64,000 nt of DNA from Aulosira sp. ZfuVER01 (lineage in GTDB: Bacteria; Cyanobacteriota; Cyanobacteriia; Cyanobacteriales; Nostocaceae). The notes under the pieces are model-generated. The model was not told the origin of the DNA. It did not search any database and saw nothing but the letters and a program-made list of their open reading frames with translations. Numbering within the stretch: the stretch's first letter is position 1; each line of letters begins with the position of its first letter. Below are positions 1 through 10,191 of the stretch, piece after piece. Where the stretch lies: NCBI GenBank assembly GCA_034530615.2, contig JAVRCV020000052.1, positions 224,001 through 288,000 of the forward strand, in the 5' to 3' direction. The position numbers were made by a program, and so were the translations under genes.

Positions 1-988
1 AAAGTTTGAAACTAGGTTGTTTCAGCGCATCAATCACTAAGTCTGCCAATGCTCTAATGAATACTGGATGGGTATTGGGAGCAGGTACACGCCGGAAGTT
101 ATGAATTCCTGCTTCCTCGGCTATTTCCCGATACTCAATATCAATTTCTTGCAGCGTCTCAATGTGTTCTGATACAAAACTGATAGGTACGACGACCAAA
201 TCTTTAACGCCTTTAGCCCCTAATTCTTTTAACGCATCCTCAGTGTAAGGTTGCAACCACTCTACAGGGCCTACACGACTTTGATAAGCTAACGTGTGAG
301 TATTGGGACGATTAAGGGTACGCATAATCAGAACCGTACATTCCTCAATTTCTTGCTGGTAAGGGTCGCCTGCTTCTTCTACATAGCTTTTTGGTACGCC
401 ATGAGCGCTGAAGAAGATATGAACTTCATCGGGATTAGGAAATTGATCGAGTTCTTGGGCGATGAGTTCTGCCATTGCTTGCAGATAGCTCGACTGTTTA
501 TACCAAGAGGGAATGACAGTGTAGTCAAGAGGTTGAAGTTTGGGGTTTTCTTGCCAGAGTTTTTCTAAAAGGCGGAAACTGGAGCCACTGGTACTGATAG
601 AAAATTGGGGGTATAGGGGTAAGATTACCAAGCGTTCGATGTTATCTTGAGCAAGGAGAGCGATCGCTTCTTCGGTATAGGGATGCCAGTATCGCATTCC
701 CACATAAATATTAGCTTCTTGCCCCAAATCGCGCAGCTGCTCCTTGAGAGCGTCACCTTGCGCTTCTGTAATGCGTCGCAGTGGAGAACCGCCTCCGATT
801 TGCTTGTAGTTTTCTTGGGATGTTTTAGTGCGCCGTGAAGCAATGAACCAAGCTAAGGGTTTTTGCAGCCAACGAAATGGTAGGCGAATAATTTCTGGAT
901 CGGAAAACAGGTTAAATAAAAACGGCCCAACGTCTTCCAGCTTATCGGGACCACCGAGATTGAGTAATAATACGCCTACACGACCCAT
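1..988 (-). CDS. hemH: Ferrochelatase (3' end runs off the window)
   Basis: Not in the ORF track because the stop lies outside the window. Manual translation from ATG at 988 gives [37 protein letters not shown]...IGGGSPLR...[13 protein letters not shown]...FFSAHGVP...[15 protein letters not shown]...[13 protein letters not shown], all ferrochelatase motifs. Confidence 0.96.
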   Translation of the reverse strand, partial: MGRVGVLLLNLGGPDKLEDVGPFLFNLFSDPEIIRLPFRWLQKPLAWFIASRRTKTSQENYKQIGGGSPLRRITEAQGDALKEQLRDLGQEANIYVGMRYWHPYTEEAIALLAQDNIERLVILPLYPQFSISTSGSSFRLLEKLWQENPKLQPLDYTVIPSWYKQSSYLQAMAELIAQELDQFPNPDEVHIFFSAHGVPKSYVEEAGDPYQQEIEECTVLIMRTLNRPNTHTLAYQSRVGPVEWLQPYTEDALKELGAKGVKDLVVVPISFVSEHIETLQEIDIEYREIAEEAGIHNFRRVPAPNTHPVFIRALADLVIDALKQPSFKL

Positions 989-1082
989 AGCAGTTACTTT
1001 CCCCTAACCCTTTCAGTTTTTTTTACTATTGTTAACAATATATCTTTATTAAATATAAAGGTTAACAGGACAGAAAGTTGTC

Positions 1083-1721
1083 ATGGCAACAATTTTAAGA
1101 GACTGGAGCTATCGTTATCAGTGGCTATATGACGGCATATCAGGTTTAGCGGCATTAAGTGTAGGTGGTGAAACTCGGTTTCGGCAACTAGCTTTGCAAG
1201 GTTTAACAATCAACTCAGACACTAAAATTTTAGATTTATGTTGTGGCAGCGGTCAGGCAACACAATTTTTGGTGAAATATTCACAAAATGTAACAGGATT
1301 GGATGCCTCTCCCTTATCTTTGAAACGGGCGAAGCAGAATGTACCTAGCGCCTCCTACTTGGAAGCGTTTGCAGAAAATATGCCCTTTTCTGATTGTGAG
1401 TTTGATGTTGTGCATACCAGTGCGGCATTACACGAGATGGAACCTGAGCAATTGCGAAAAATAATTAATGAAGTTTATCGAGTTCTGAAACCAGGGGGTG
1501 TGTTCACGCTAGTGGATTTTCACGCTCCCACAAATCCTATATTTTGGCCTGGGGTGTCACTATTTCTGTTGTTGTTTGAGACAGAAACAGCTTGGCAATT
1601 ACTCAAGACTGATTTACCAGGGTTGTTGGCAGAAATAGGGTTTGAAGTTAGCGAACCTAAATTATATGCAGGTGGAAGTTTACAGGTGATTCAGGCAAAG
1701 AAATCAAAGATAAGTGGTTAA
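1083..1721 (+). CDS. Class I SAM-dependent methyltransferase (UbiE/Methyltransf_11-like)
   Basis: Motif I ILDLCCGSG, GLDAS, AENMPF...FDVV, VLKPGG. Confidence 0.9.
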   Translation: MATILRDWSYRYQWLYDGISGLAALSVGGETRFRQLALQGLTINSDTKILDLCCGSGQATQFLVKYSQNVTGLDASPLSLKRAKQNVPSASYLEAFAENMPFSDCEFDVVHTSAALHEMEPEQLRKIINEVYRVLKPGGVFTLVDFHAPTNPIFWPGVSLFLLLFETETAWQLLKTDLPGLLAEIGFEVSEPKLYAGGSLQVIQAKKSKISG

Positions 1722-1813
1722 GCAAAATTAAAGTTACGGGTGAAGGCAGGGAACAGGCAACAGCAAGGAGAATGTGTAATTAATATTGAGCTTTAATAGC
1801 TTCTAAGTTTTAA

Positions 1814-2680
1814 TCATCGCAAAATTTGCTCAATCATCCGGTTCGCCTGAGAACCATAACCGCCGCCAAATAAATTGAAGTGATTGAGAATGTGATACAG
1901 GTTATAGAGCGTTTTTCTCTGCTCATAACCTGCATCTAAAGGAAATACTTCGTTATAACCTTGATAAAAAGCTGCTGGGAAACCACCAAATAATTCTGTC
2001 ATAGCGATATCAACTTCGTGATCGCCAAAATAAGTTGCAGGATCGAAAATCACTGGTTCTCCTGAAACAGTACACCCAGCATTACCTCCCCATAAATCGC
2101 CGTGTACCAAGGAAGGTTCCACCTGATAATCTGCCAATAATTCTGGAATCGCAGCTAATAACTTGTCTTGCTTGGGAAAATTACCCCCCCGTCGCCTAGC
2201 TAACTGAAATTGATAACCCAAGCGATGTTTCGCATAAAATTCTGCCCAGTCTGCTGTCCAAGTATTGATTTGAGGCGTAGAACCAATAGTATTGTTAATT
2301 TTCCAACCAAAACCTTGACTGCTAGTCGCTTTATGCATCACTGCTAGCTTCCGCCCCATCTCTGACCAAGATTTGCTGTTACCTCCTCCCATTTCCAGCC
2401 ATTCCAACACGATGTAGCCAGAATTTCCCGCTGTACCCCAGCACAAGGGTTGAGGAACGCGAATACTAGCTGTAATTAGCATTTCCTCCAACCCCAGCGC
2501 TTCAGCCTCAAACATAGCCATTTGAGATGCTTGATTCAGCTTGACAAAGTAAGTGCGTTGATTATCAGAGACAGCATAGCCTTGGTTAATACACCCACCA
2601 CTCACAGAACGCCTTTGCTGACTCTGAAATTTTTCACCAATCACTTCGCTAATATGGGCATCGATTTCTGTCCACATCAT
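1814..2680 (-). CDS. Fructosamine kinase family protein
   Basis: SGGCIN, YFVKLN, PSLVHGDLWGGN, FDPATYFGDHEVDIAM, LNHFNLFG motifs. Confidence 0.92.
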   Translation of the reverse strand: MMWTEIDAHISEVIGEKFQSQQRRSVSGGCINQGYAVSDNQRTYFVKLNQASQMAMFEAEALGLEEMLITASIRVPQPLCWGTAGNSGYIVLEWLEMGGGNSKSWSEMGRKLAVMHKATSSQGFGWKINNTIGSTPQINTWTADWAEFYAKHRLGYQFQLARRRGGNFPKQDKLLAAIPELLADYQVEPSLVHGDLWGGNAGCTVSGEPVIFDPATYFGDHEVDIAMTELFGGFPAAFYQGYNEVFPLDAGYEQRKTLYNLYHILNHFNLFGGGYGSQANRMIEQILR

Positions 2681-2697
2681 GCAATTTGTCCTCGCTT

Positions 2698-2890
2698 ACA
2701 AAGTTCTGTTCGTCGGCGACGTTGGCGAAGCCATCGCCGGAAGCCGGCGCTCCGACTTTGTGCTTTGTCATTTGTCCTTTGTTATTTATCTCATGACCAA
2801 TGACCAATGACTATTGACAAATGCGCCAGTTCGCTCAAATCGGGAAACCCGCCCATGCGACTGGCTACCCAATTGCCCATACCCCATGCC
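2698..2890. repeat. Composite intergenic repeat: GC-rich hairpin element, heptamer STRRs and a 44-bp hairpin element
   Basis: acaaagt...actttgt (2698-2761) encloses cggcga..tggcgaagcca.tcgccg. It is followed by tttgtgc/tttgtca/tttgtcc/tttgtta and atgacca-type heptamers, then a hairpin element at 2823-2866. Confidence 0.7.
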
Positions 2891-2896
2891 CAAATA

Positions 2897-4177
2897 CTAA
2901 GCTGGTTTGAGGACAACTACACCATAAGCATCAGGAGAAAGATATTGTTGTGCGGCTTGCATCAAGTCTCTAGCTTCCTGGGCTTGGATATTAGCAGGAT
3001 AGTTAAAGGCTGGTTCTAAATCTCCTAGCATGGACTGATAGTAACCATACAAGCCAGCGCGATCGCTTGGTGTTTCATTGGCGAAAATAAATCTGTTGGC
3101 TACTCGTCGCCGCACGCGAGCAATTTCCGATTCTTTAACCAACTCTGTTTGTAACATCCGGATATGTTGAGCGATCGCTTCTTCTACCGCCTGTAAATTT
3201 TCTACTGCACACTTAGCCGAAATATAAAACGTCCCTTGCAGTTGGTTACTCATATTACTCACAGCAATCGAAGATACCAGACTCCTTTCTTCCCGCAAAT
3301 CCTGCACCAGCCTTGATGTCCGTCCGTGTCCCAAAATTCCTGCTAAAACATCTAGTGCGTAAGTCTGCTCAATATACCGCAACCCAGGAACCCGCCAAAC
3401 CATTACTAGTCGTGCTTGCTGGAGAGCTTCATCAATGAATTCTTGACGGACAATTTCTGTAAACACAGCTTCAGGATGAAGTACTGGTTCTACCCCAATT
3501 TCAGAGTCTTTGCTGTGAGTAGCTTGATTAATTCCTTCCGCCACAATTTCAATTAATTCTTCTGTGGGTAAATTACCTACAGCCACAGCCGTAATTGATT
3601 GAGGTTGATAAAAAGCTGCGTGGAAATTTCGCATCTGCTGGGGTTGGAGTTGGGAAATCACTGATTCCGGCCCCAATACCGGACGGCGATAGGGTAAGCG
3701 CTCAAAAGCCATTTCCATTGACCGCCGAAAAGTCCGACGCTGAGGATTATCTTCTGAACGCCTAATTTCTTCTAGCACTACAAAGCGTTCCCGTTCAAAA
3801 GCATCATCCTCAATACTGGGATTAAATACTACATCTATTTGTAGCGGAGCCAGATCGGCAAAATCCTTGGGAGCAGTAGTTATATAGTAGTGAGTGTAAT
3901 CTTGGCTTGTAGCAGCATTAGTAATGGCTCCACGCTCTTCAATTCGACGTTCAAATTCGCCACTAGCTAGGCGTTCTGTTCCCTTAAAAATCATATGCTC
4001 TAAAAAGTGAGCAATGCCGTTTATGGTATCCGATTCTACCGCCGAGCCAACCTTAACCCACAAACTCAGGTTAACAGCGTCAATCGGCATTTGCTCTACT
4101 ACTATTGTCAAACCGTTGGGTAACTGGTGCAGCTTTGGAGCATTCAGACGAGGAAATTTTACCAGGGTTGAGGTCAT
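2897..4177 (-). CDS. M16 family zinc peptidase (pitrilysin/processing protease-like)
   Basis: Inverted zinc motif HFLEH in GIAHFLEHMIFKGT, NAATSQDYTHY, ERFVVLEE. Confidence 0.93.
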   Translation of the reverse strand: MTSTLVKFPRLNAPKLHQLPNGLTIVVEQMPIDAVNLSLWVKVGSAVESDTINGIAHFLEHMIFKGTERLASGEFERRIEERGAITNAATSQDYTHYYITTAPKDFADLAPLQIDVVFNPSIEDDAFERERFVVLEEIRRSEDNPQRRTFRRSMEMAFERLPYRRPVLGPESVISQLQPQQMRNFHAAFYQPQSITAVAVGNLPTEELIEIVAEGINQATHSKDSEIGVEPVLHPEAVFTEIVRQEFIDEALQQARLVMVWRVPGLRYIEQTYALDVLAGILGHGRTSRLVQDLREERSLVSSIAVSNMSNQLQGTFYISAKCAVENLQAVEEAIAQHIRMLQTELVKESEIARVRRRVANRFIFANETPSDRAGLYGYYQSMLGDLEPAFNYPANIQAQEARDLMQAAQQYLSPDAYGVVVLKPA

Positions 4178-4282
4178 TGGTAGTTGTGAGTGGTGAGGTG
4201 AAAAGCTTGCTTACTCCTTTATCTTATCTACGACTGAAAACAACTAACGTAATGACTTCAATCTGAGAATTTGCTGAGTTGA

Positions 4283-4298
4283 TGTAGAAACAGTTACA
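4283..4298. promoter_or_regulatory. Candidate NtcA-binding site between the divergent M16 peptidase gene and crtD
   Basis: tGTA-gaaacagt-TACa matches GTA-N8-TAC with the preferred flanks; no TAN3T at canonical 21-23 nt spacing. Confidence 0.4.
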
Positions 4299-4416
4299 TA
4301 AATTTCTGGTTTACTTACTTTCTTGGTGGATGAACTGTTTGAGGATGCATTTATGAAGCTCTCCGCCGCTGTAAAATTATGAGTAGCAATATTAAGAATT
4401 ATAAAAACAAATATCA

Positions 4417-5928
4417 ATGTCTAAGTTTTCGCTTGACAAAAAAGCACCCCGTATAGTTGTCATTGGTGCGGGAATCGGTGGGTTGACTGCTGGAGCATTA
4501 TTAGCTCATAGAGGTTACAGCGTCTTAATCGTGGATCAAGCCCTTGTACCTGGAGGTTGTGCTTCCACTTTTAAACGCAAAGGATTTACCTTTGATGTCG
4601 GAGCAACCCAAGTCGCCGGGTTGGAAGCAGGGGGTATTCATCACCGGATTTTCTCAGAATTGGAAATAGATCTTCCGGAGGCGACTCCATGCGATCCAGC
4701 TTGTGCAGTTTACCTCCCTGGCGAATCAACCCCAATTAACGTCTGGCGCGACCCAGAAAAATGGCGGGAAGAACGTCAACGACAGTTTCCAGGTAGCGAA
4801 CCGTTTTGGCAGTTGTTGGCGACTTTGTTTCAAGCTAGCTGGGAATTTCAAGGACGCGATCCGGTGCTACCGCCACGCAGTTTATGGGATTTGTGGCAGC
4901 TAACTCAGGCAGTACGTCCGAGTACATTAATTACTGTCCCGTTTACCTTGTTTACCGTAGGCGATGCTTTACGCTTATATGGATTAGGTAACGATCGCCG
5001 TTTGCGGACTTTTTTAGATTTACAACTCAAGCTGTATTCCCAAGTCAATGCAGAAGAAACAGCTTTACTATATGCTGCCACTGCCTTAAGCGTATCTCAG
5101 CTACCCCAAGGATTATTTCACCTCCAAGGTAGTATGCAAGTATTAAGCGATCGCCTGGTAAAATCCTTAGAAAGAGATGGTGGCAAATTATTGATGCGCC
5201 ACACTGTCGAAAAAATCACAGTAGAAAATGATCGAGCCACATCTGTAACGATTCGCAATCGGCAAAGCGGCGAAGTCTGGACAGAAACAGCCGACCATAT
5301 AGTTGCAAATGTTACTGTCCAAAATCTCGTGCAACTATTGGGCGAACAGGCTCCATCTGGCTATAAACAGCGCGTGGAAAAATTACCCCCAGCATCAGGG
5401 GCGTTTGTTGTATACCTGGGAGTAGATGCAAGTGCCATCCCCTCTGGATGTCCGCCCCATCTGCAATTTTTATACGATTCGGATGGGCCAATTGGAGAAA
5501 ACAATTCCCTATTTGTCTCTGTCAGCCATCCCGGAGATGGTCGCGCACCGGATGGTAAAGCCACAATTATCGCTTCTTCCTTTGTAGATACACGGATGTG
5601 GTGGCGGACTGAGAATTATGCAGAACTGAAGCAGAAGTATACTGAAGAAGCGATCGCCCGCCTAGGGCAATACTTCTACCTCAAACCAGAAACGATAATA
5701 CACCAAGAAGCAGCCACACCTCGAACTTTTGCGCATTACACAGCACGTGATCGCGGTATAGTTGGTGGCATAGGTCAACGCATCCCCACCTTTGGCCCCT
5801 TTGGTTTTGCCAATCGTACACCCATCAACCATCTTTGGTTAGTTGGCGACTCCACCCACCCAGGTGAAGGGACGGCTGGGGTGAGTTACTCGGCACTGAC
5901 TGTTGTTAGACAGATAGTCAGTGCATGA
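4417..5928 (+). CDS. crtD: Carotenoid C-3',4' desaturase (myxoxanthophyll pathway)
   Basis: FAD-binding VIGAGIGGL, PGGCASTF, FDVGATQVAGL, C-terminal LVGDSTHPGEGTAGVSYSA typical of cyanobacterial CrtD. Confidence 0.85.
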   Translation: MSKFSLDKKAPRIVVIGAGIGGLTAGALLAHRGYSVLIVDQALVPGGCASTFKRKGFTFDVGATQVAGLEAGGIHHRIFSELEIDLPEATPCDPACAVYLPGESTPINVWRDPEKWREERQRQFPGSEPFWQLLATLFQASWEFQGRDPVLPPRSLWDLWQLTQAVRPSTLITVPFTLFTVGDALRLYGLGNDRRLRTFLDLQLKLYSQVNAEETALLYAATALSVSQLPQGLFHLQGSMQVLSDRLVKSLERDGGKLLMRHTVEKITVENDRATSVTIRNRQSGEVWTETADHIVANVTVQNLVQLLGEQAPSGYKQRVEKLPPASGAFVVYLGVDASAIPSGCPPHLQFLYDSDGPIGENNSLFVSVSHPGDGRAPDGKATIIASSFVDTRMWWRTENYAELKQKYTEEAIARLGQYFYLKPETIIHQEAATPRTFAHYTARDRGIVGGIGQRIPTFGPFGFANRTPINHLWLVGDSTHPGEGTAGVSYSALTVVRQIVSA

Positions 5929-5964
5929 GTCAACAGTCAAGGGTCGAGGGTCATTAGTACGTTG

Positions 5965-6200
5965 TCTCCCCTTCGGGTACTCTACCCTACGCTGCGGCAA
6001 CCCTCTTCTCCTGCGGAGACGCTAACGCGAACGAGGGAAAGGGAACGCTTTCAGCGAAAGAGTTCTCCTTTGGAGTACGCACTCACCTGCGGAGGAGCCA
6101 CTGCGTTGGGCGGCTTTGCCGACTTGAAGCAAGTGGCGTTGGAAACCCTCCTGCAGCGCTGTTTCACCTTGTCTCTCTTGTCCTCCTTGTCCCCTCTTCT
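5965..6200. repeat. Stack of nested GC-rich small dispersed hairpin repeats
   Basis: Several short inverted repeats. A 44-bp element (6096-6139) sits between the arms of ctgcggagg...cctcctgcag and is related to 2823-2866 and 58998-59040. Confidence 0.7.
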
Positions 6201-6222
6201 CCGCTAGCTATAACATTCCAAA

Positions 6223-8259
6223 TTACAATCCCGTTGTTGTCGGTGTCGTCGGGGATGGTTCAGGCGCAGGCTGAGGTTCTGGATTCAGAAATTGCCGCCA
6301 AGTTCTAATTTGCTCTTGTGCCGCACTGTAAGCAGAACTACCTCTAGGAACCAATTTGGCAGTTTCAATGCCCTTGTAAATATCAGACTGTCCCTGAGAA
6401 CGGGCGATATCTAACAATTGCTGACTCCATTGGTCAATAGCGATATTAGCATCCATCCGTAAGATGTTACGTCTGGGAACTTGTTGAGCTAGTTGTATGG
6501 CGTTTACCAAAGCTTCTGGTGTGCCAGCTAATGCCGCATCCCGAGCTTTTTGCCAGTTTTCTTTGGCGCGGATTTGCCCTCGCCAATCGTTTATCGCCTC
6601 TTGTGCTTCCCCAGAAAGTGCCCGTCCTGATGAGGCAATTTGTTCGGCAGCGCTAATAGCAGCAGGTAAATTTCCACTCTGAGCCAAGTCTCTTGCTTGA
6701 TCCAAATAAGGCTGGTCCTGAATTCGCTGAATCTTTGCTGTCCAATTCCGGATTTTTCTGCGTGCTTCTGGATACAAAGCTCGACCATTCCGGATTTGGC
6801 CGGCTTCCGATATCGCAGCTTGCAAGGAGGTAACATCTTCCAGCAATGCTATTTGCTCGGCTCGATCCAAGAAAGGTCGGTCTTGAATTGTTTCTACTTG
6901 GGCTTGCCAGCGTCCCGCCTCTTGTCTGGCTTCGCTAGCGCGGGGGTTACTACTGGGAATCAGCTGTGTCTGGGCGATCGCTGCTGTCAAATCGCTAATT
7001 GTTCCTTGGCTAGCCAATGTTCGCGCTTTTTCTAGGCGGGCAACATCTTCAATTTCCAACTGCCATCGCGCAATCAATTGTTGTGCTTTGTTATACACAG
7101 CCCTGGAAGGATCGATTTGTTGTGCCTGAGAAATGGCTGTCTGTAACCCGGAAATATTCCCAATCCAAGCACTTCTTTGCGCCTCAGCCAAACTAATAAA
7201 GTCTTCAACTTGTGTTTGCAGCCCAGTATTTTCGGGAATTTGTCTAGCAATATCTAAAGCTGTATCTGCATCTCGTTTATCTAGGTTTTTCTGCGCCAAA
7301 TCCAACATCTTACGTCCAAATGCCGGAATTGACTCTTGAGCTTTCTGATAAACGTAACTACTCTGATTAATTGATTCAGCGATTTTTATAGCTTCGAGTA
7401 GCTGATCGGGTACGCCACTCTTAGCTAAACTCTCAGCTTTTGCTAATTTTTCACCATCTTCCCGCGCTGTAGCAATTAGCTGATTTAATTGATCGTACTT
7501 AGTAGTTGACCAGTATTTATTGTCCAGACGTAACAATTTAGCAGATAGCATAAAAGCTGATTGCCAGTGCCTTTCCCGCAATTCTGCTTCTGCTTCCCGA
7601 TAAATCTCTTCTCCTCTAGACCAGATCGACTGCCATTTAGTAATTTTTTCTTCTACTAATTTATACGCAGATAAATCGTCAGGTATCTTACGTGCAGTTG
7701 CGATCGCCTCATCTAAATTTCCGGCTTGAAAACTTTGATCGGCTAGTTGCAAAATATCCTCTGACCACCGTTCTATGAAGCGATCGGCTTCTGTGCGCAA
7801 TGGGTGGTTTTTGGGCAATTGCTTCACTAACCCAATTGCTTGCAGTAAGTCGGTTACGGTTTGTTTAGAAGCTGCTAACTGAGCGCAGTGTAGCCGTACC
7901 GACTCACTAGCTAAAGGCCAGAAAATTTTCGGGCAGTTAGGAGCTGCTGGCAATTTTAGTAACATAGCCACAGCCAGGAAACCAACTCCACCGGGAATTA
8001 AGGTTAACATTAATAACCAAAACACCCAGTTTTGCATCCAGCGGGGCAATTTACTGAAAATATAATTGGGTGAAACAGTTTTTTCTGACTGATTATTTAA
8101 AGGAAATCCTTCGGAATTATTATCTGTTTGCCGCTTCACTGACTTAGAGTTAGAACCAGTAGTTTCACTGAATTGTGTTGTTTCGGATAATCTCTTTATC
8201 TCATCCGGATCTCTGGATCTGCCTCGGGACCAACTGTCTGTAATATCCCGCTCTGTCAT
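6223..8259 (-). CDS. Conserved cyanobacterial membrane-anchored alpha-helical repeat protein (function unknown)
   Basis: Single N-terminal TM, LPAAPNCPKIFWP motif, recurring AI..A.QI...Y..AQ..I..W helical repeats; no Walker A seen. Confidence 0.75.
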   Translation of the reverse strand: MTERDITDSWSRGRSRDPDEIKRLSETTQFSETTGSNSKSVKRQTDNNSEGFPLNNQSEKTVSPNYIFSKLPRWMQNWVFWLLMLTLIPGGVGFLAVAMLLKLPAAPNCPKIFWPLASESVRLHCAQLAASKQTVTDLLQAIGLVKQLPKNHPLRTEADRFIERWSEDILQLADQSFQAGNLDEAIATARKIPDDLSAYKLVEEKITKWQSIWSRGEEIYREAEAELRERHWQSAFMLSAKLLRLDNKYWSTTKYDQLNQLIATAREDGEKLAKAESLAKSGVPDQLLEAIKIAESINQSSYVYQKAQESIPAFGRKMLDLAQKNLDKRDADTALDIARQIPENTGLQTQVEDFISLAEAQRSAWIGNISGLQTAISQAQQIDPSRAVYNKAQQLIARWQLEIEDVARLEKARTLASQGTISDLTAAIAQTQLIPSSNPRASEARQEAGRWQAQVETIQDRPFLDRAEQIALLEDVTSLQAAISEAGQIRNGRALYPEARRKIRNWTAKIQRIQDQPYLDQARDLAQSGNLPAAISAAEQIASSGRALSGEAQEAINDWRGQIRAKENWQKARDAALAGTPEALVNAIQLAQQVPRRNILRMDANIAIDQWSQQLLDIARSQGQSDIYKGIETAKLVPRGSSAYSAAQEQIRTWRQFLNPEPQPAPEPSPTTPTTTGL

Positions 8260-8412
8260 CTCTCACACCAAAATAATTGAATAGCGATCTGTTGTAGATC
8301 GATAATTCCATAGTTGCCATAGTAACTTTCTCATAATCAAAAAGCTACTTTTCTTACGATCTCTCTCCACAGATACCATTAACAATTGCAAAAACTAGTG
8401 CGCTTTTATACC

Positions 8413-9318
8413 TTAACCTGAAGCCGAAGATTCCGTCTGCAAATCGACAATTAACTGAGCCAACTGATCGCTGCTTGCTTGGTAAACTCGGCCGCAAAAG
8501 TCGCAAGTTGCTTCCGCGCCATCATCTTTAACGATCATATCTTGTAGTTCGGCTTCTCCCAAAATTTTTAACGCTCCCAACATCCGGTCGAAAGAGCAGC
8601 CACAGTGGAAGCGCAAAATTTGGCTTTCGGGAAAGATTGCCAGCCCCATATCTCCCAGCAAATCTGTAAAGATTTCTGGCAAAGTCTTACCTGCTTGCAA
8701 TAACGGCGTAAATCCGGATAAGGCAGCTACCCGTGATTCCAAAGTTGCAACTAAAGCTTCATCTCTGGCTGCTTTGGGTAACACCTGCACCAACAAGCCA
8801 CCAGAAGCAGTTACCCCGTTTGCTCCCACAAATACGCCTAAAACCATAGCCGAGGGTGTTTGTTCGGAACTCACCAAATAATGAGCTACATCATCACCAA
8901 TTTCACCAGAAATAAGTTCTACAGTACTAGAGTAAGGATAGCCATAACCGATATCCCGCACAACGTAGAGGAAGCCTTTACCAACTGCACCACCAACATC
9001 TAGCTTACCTTTACCATTAGGTGGTAATTCCACAAATGGGTTGCCAACATAGCCACGTACCGTGCCGTCTAACCCAGCATCTACCAAAATGCCACTTAAA
9101 GGGCCGTCACCCTTCACCCGGACGTTTACCCGAGAACCAGTTCGCTTCATACTAGAAGCCATCAACAAGCCTGCTGCCATAGTCCGACCCAGTGCTGCTG
9201 TTGCCACATAGGATAGCTGGTGACGCTGTCTTGCTTCCTCTGTGAGGCGTGTAGTGATAACACCTACTGCTCGAATTCCACCTTCGGCTGCCGTGGCGCG
9301 AATTAATTGATCCGCCAT
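8413..9318 (-). CDS. hslO: Hsp33 redox-regulated chaperone
   Basis: Probable start MADQLIRATA at 9318; SEQTPS motif; zinc centre CGCS and CDFC. Confidence 0.95.
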   Translation of the reverse strand: MADQLIRATAAEGGIRAVGVITTRLTEEARQRHQLSYVATAALGRTMAAGLLMASSMKRTGSRVNVRVKGDGPLSGILVDAGLDGTVRGYVGNPFVELPPNGKGKLDVGGAVGKGFLYVVRDIGYGYPYSSTVELISGEIGDDVAHYLVSSEQTPSAMVLGVFVGANGVTASGGLLVQVLPKAARDEALVATLESRVAALSGFTPLLQAGKTLPEIFTDLLGDMGLAIFPESQILRFHCGCSFDRMLGALKILGEAELQDMIVKDDGAEATCDFCGRVYQASSDQLAQLIVDLQTESSASG

Positions 9319-9594
9319 GAAAAACCTTACCAATAGTATCTTTTGTTAAACGCCTATGCCTTAAAGCAGGGGCGTGAAAGTACTATTTAGTATAACTTAG
9401 TATAACTACACTTAACTTAAACATATCATTTGATACTAACTTGGAAAAAAGTATTGTTTCTCATTTTTGTTAAACTAAATATTTTCTGGGAAAATATGTT
9501 TTTCTCGTTCAACAAGATAAGTTACGTGTAATGCTGAGTGCCTGCGGACTACTCCAAATTGTATTGCGTGTATTTTATTGATTAGAGCATCAAT

Positions 9595-10026
9595 TTAAAA
9601 TTGGGTATTGTCCTTTCGACTAGGTTCTAGCTGCCACTGTTTGAGGATAAGTATTGACCAGAAAATAAATCCTAATATTGCTAAACTAGTTAACGCATCA
9701 GTCCAGATAAAGAGATGCATCTTCGCTGAGAACTGTGACAGATTTCCATAAAAGTAATGTCCTGGGCTTACTAGACCTGTGAATGAGTAGACCAATAGAC
9801 ATGCATAAGCCAGCCAAAACCTTCGATATTTATACAACCAATACCCAGTAATTCCTATGGCTGTCAGAATAAGCCATGATTGATAAATTGAAGAGGCTGT
9901 AATCCAGACTGGTTGAGGATACCGCTCGATGAACAAATAATTATCAGTGAAGTGAATAGCTGTAGAAATAATGCTGGTAATTAGCAGCATTTTCAACAAC
10001 CTCTGATATTTGACCTCAAGATTCAT
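9595..10026 (-). CDS. Hypothetical integral membrane protein
   Basis: 143-aa ORF with about 4 hydrophobic segments and conserved-looking HFTDN and PGHY motifs. Confidence 0.7.
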   Translation of the reverse strand: MNLEVKYQRLLKMLLITSIISTAIHFTDNYLFIERYPQPVWITASSIYQSWLILTAIGITGYWLYKYRRFWLAYACLLVYSFTGLVSPGHYFYGNLSQFSAKMHLFIWTDALTSLAILGFIFWSILILKQWQLEPSRKDNTQF

Positions 10027-10191
10027 TATCAGTTTTCCTCAAATTGAAATTCACGTACTGCACACCAACAACGTAAATTGCTATAAGTAAATTAAATTAT
10101 TTGGAGTCTACAATAAAAGCTGAAACAAATCTTTTCTACTGGATTTGCCATAAAATAACAACTTGTTCGGGTTGAGTACAATCCTTAAAAA

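Noticed and set aside
296..843. Short ORFs 296-568, 625-843 and 647-838
   Set aside because: They overlap the hemH reading frame (1-988, minus) and are shadow ORFs.
5962..6207. 81-aa ORF after crtD
   Set aside because: TTG start, no recognisable motif, and it lies entirely over nested hairpin repeats.
6223..8259. ATPase label for the 678-aa helical protein
   Set aside because: No Walker A or B motif is visible, so it is left as function unknown.
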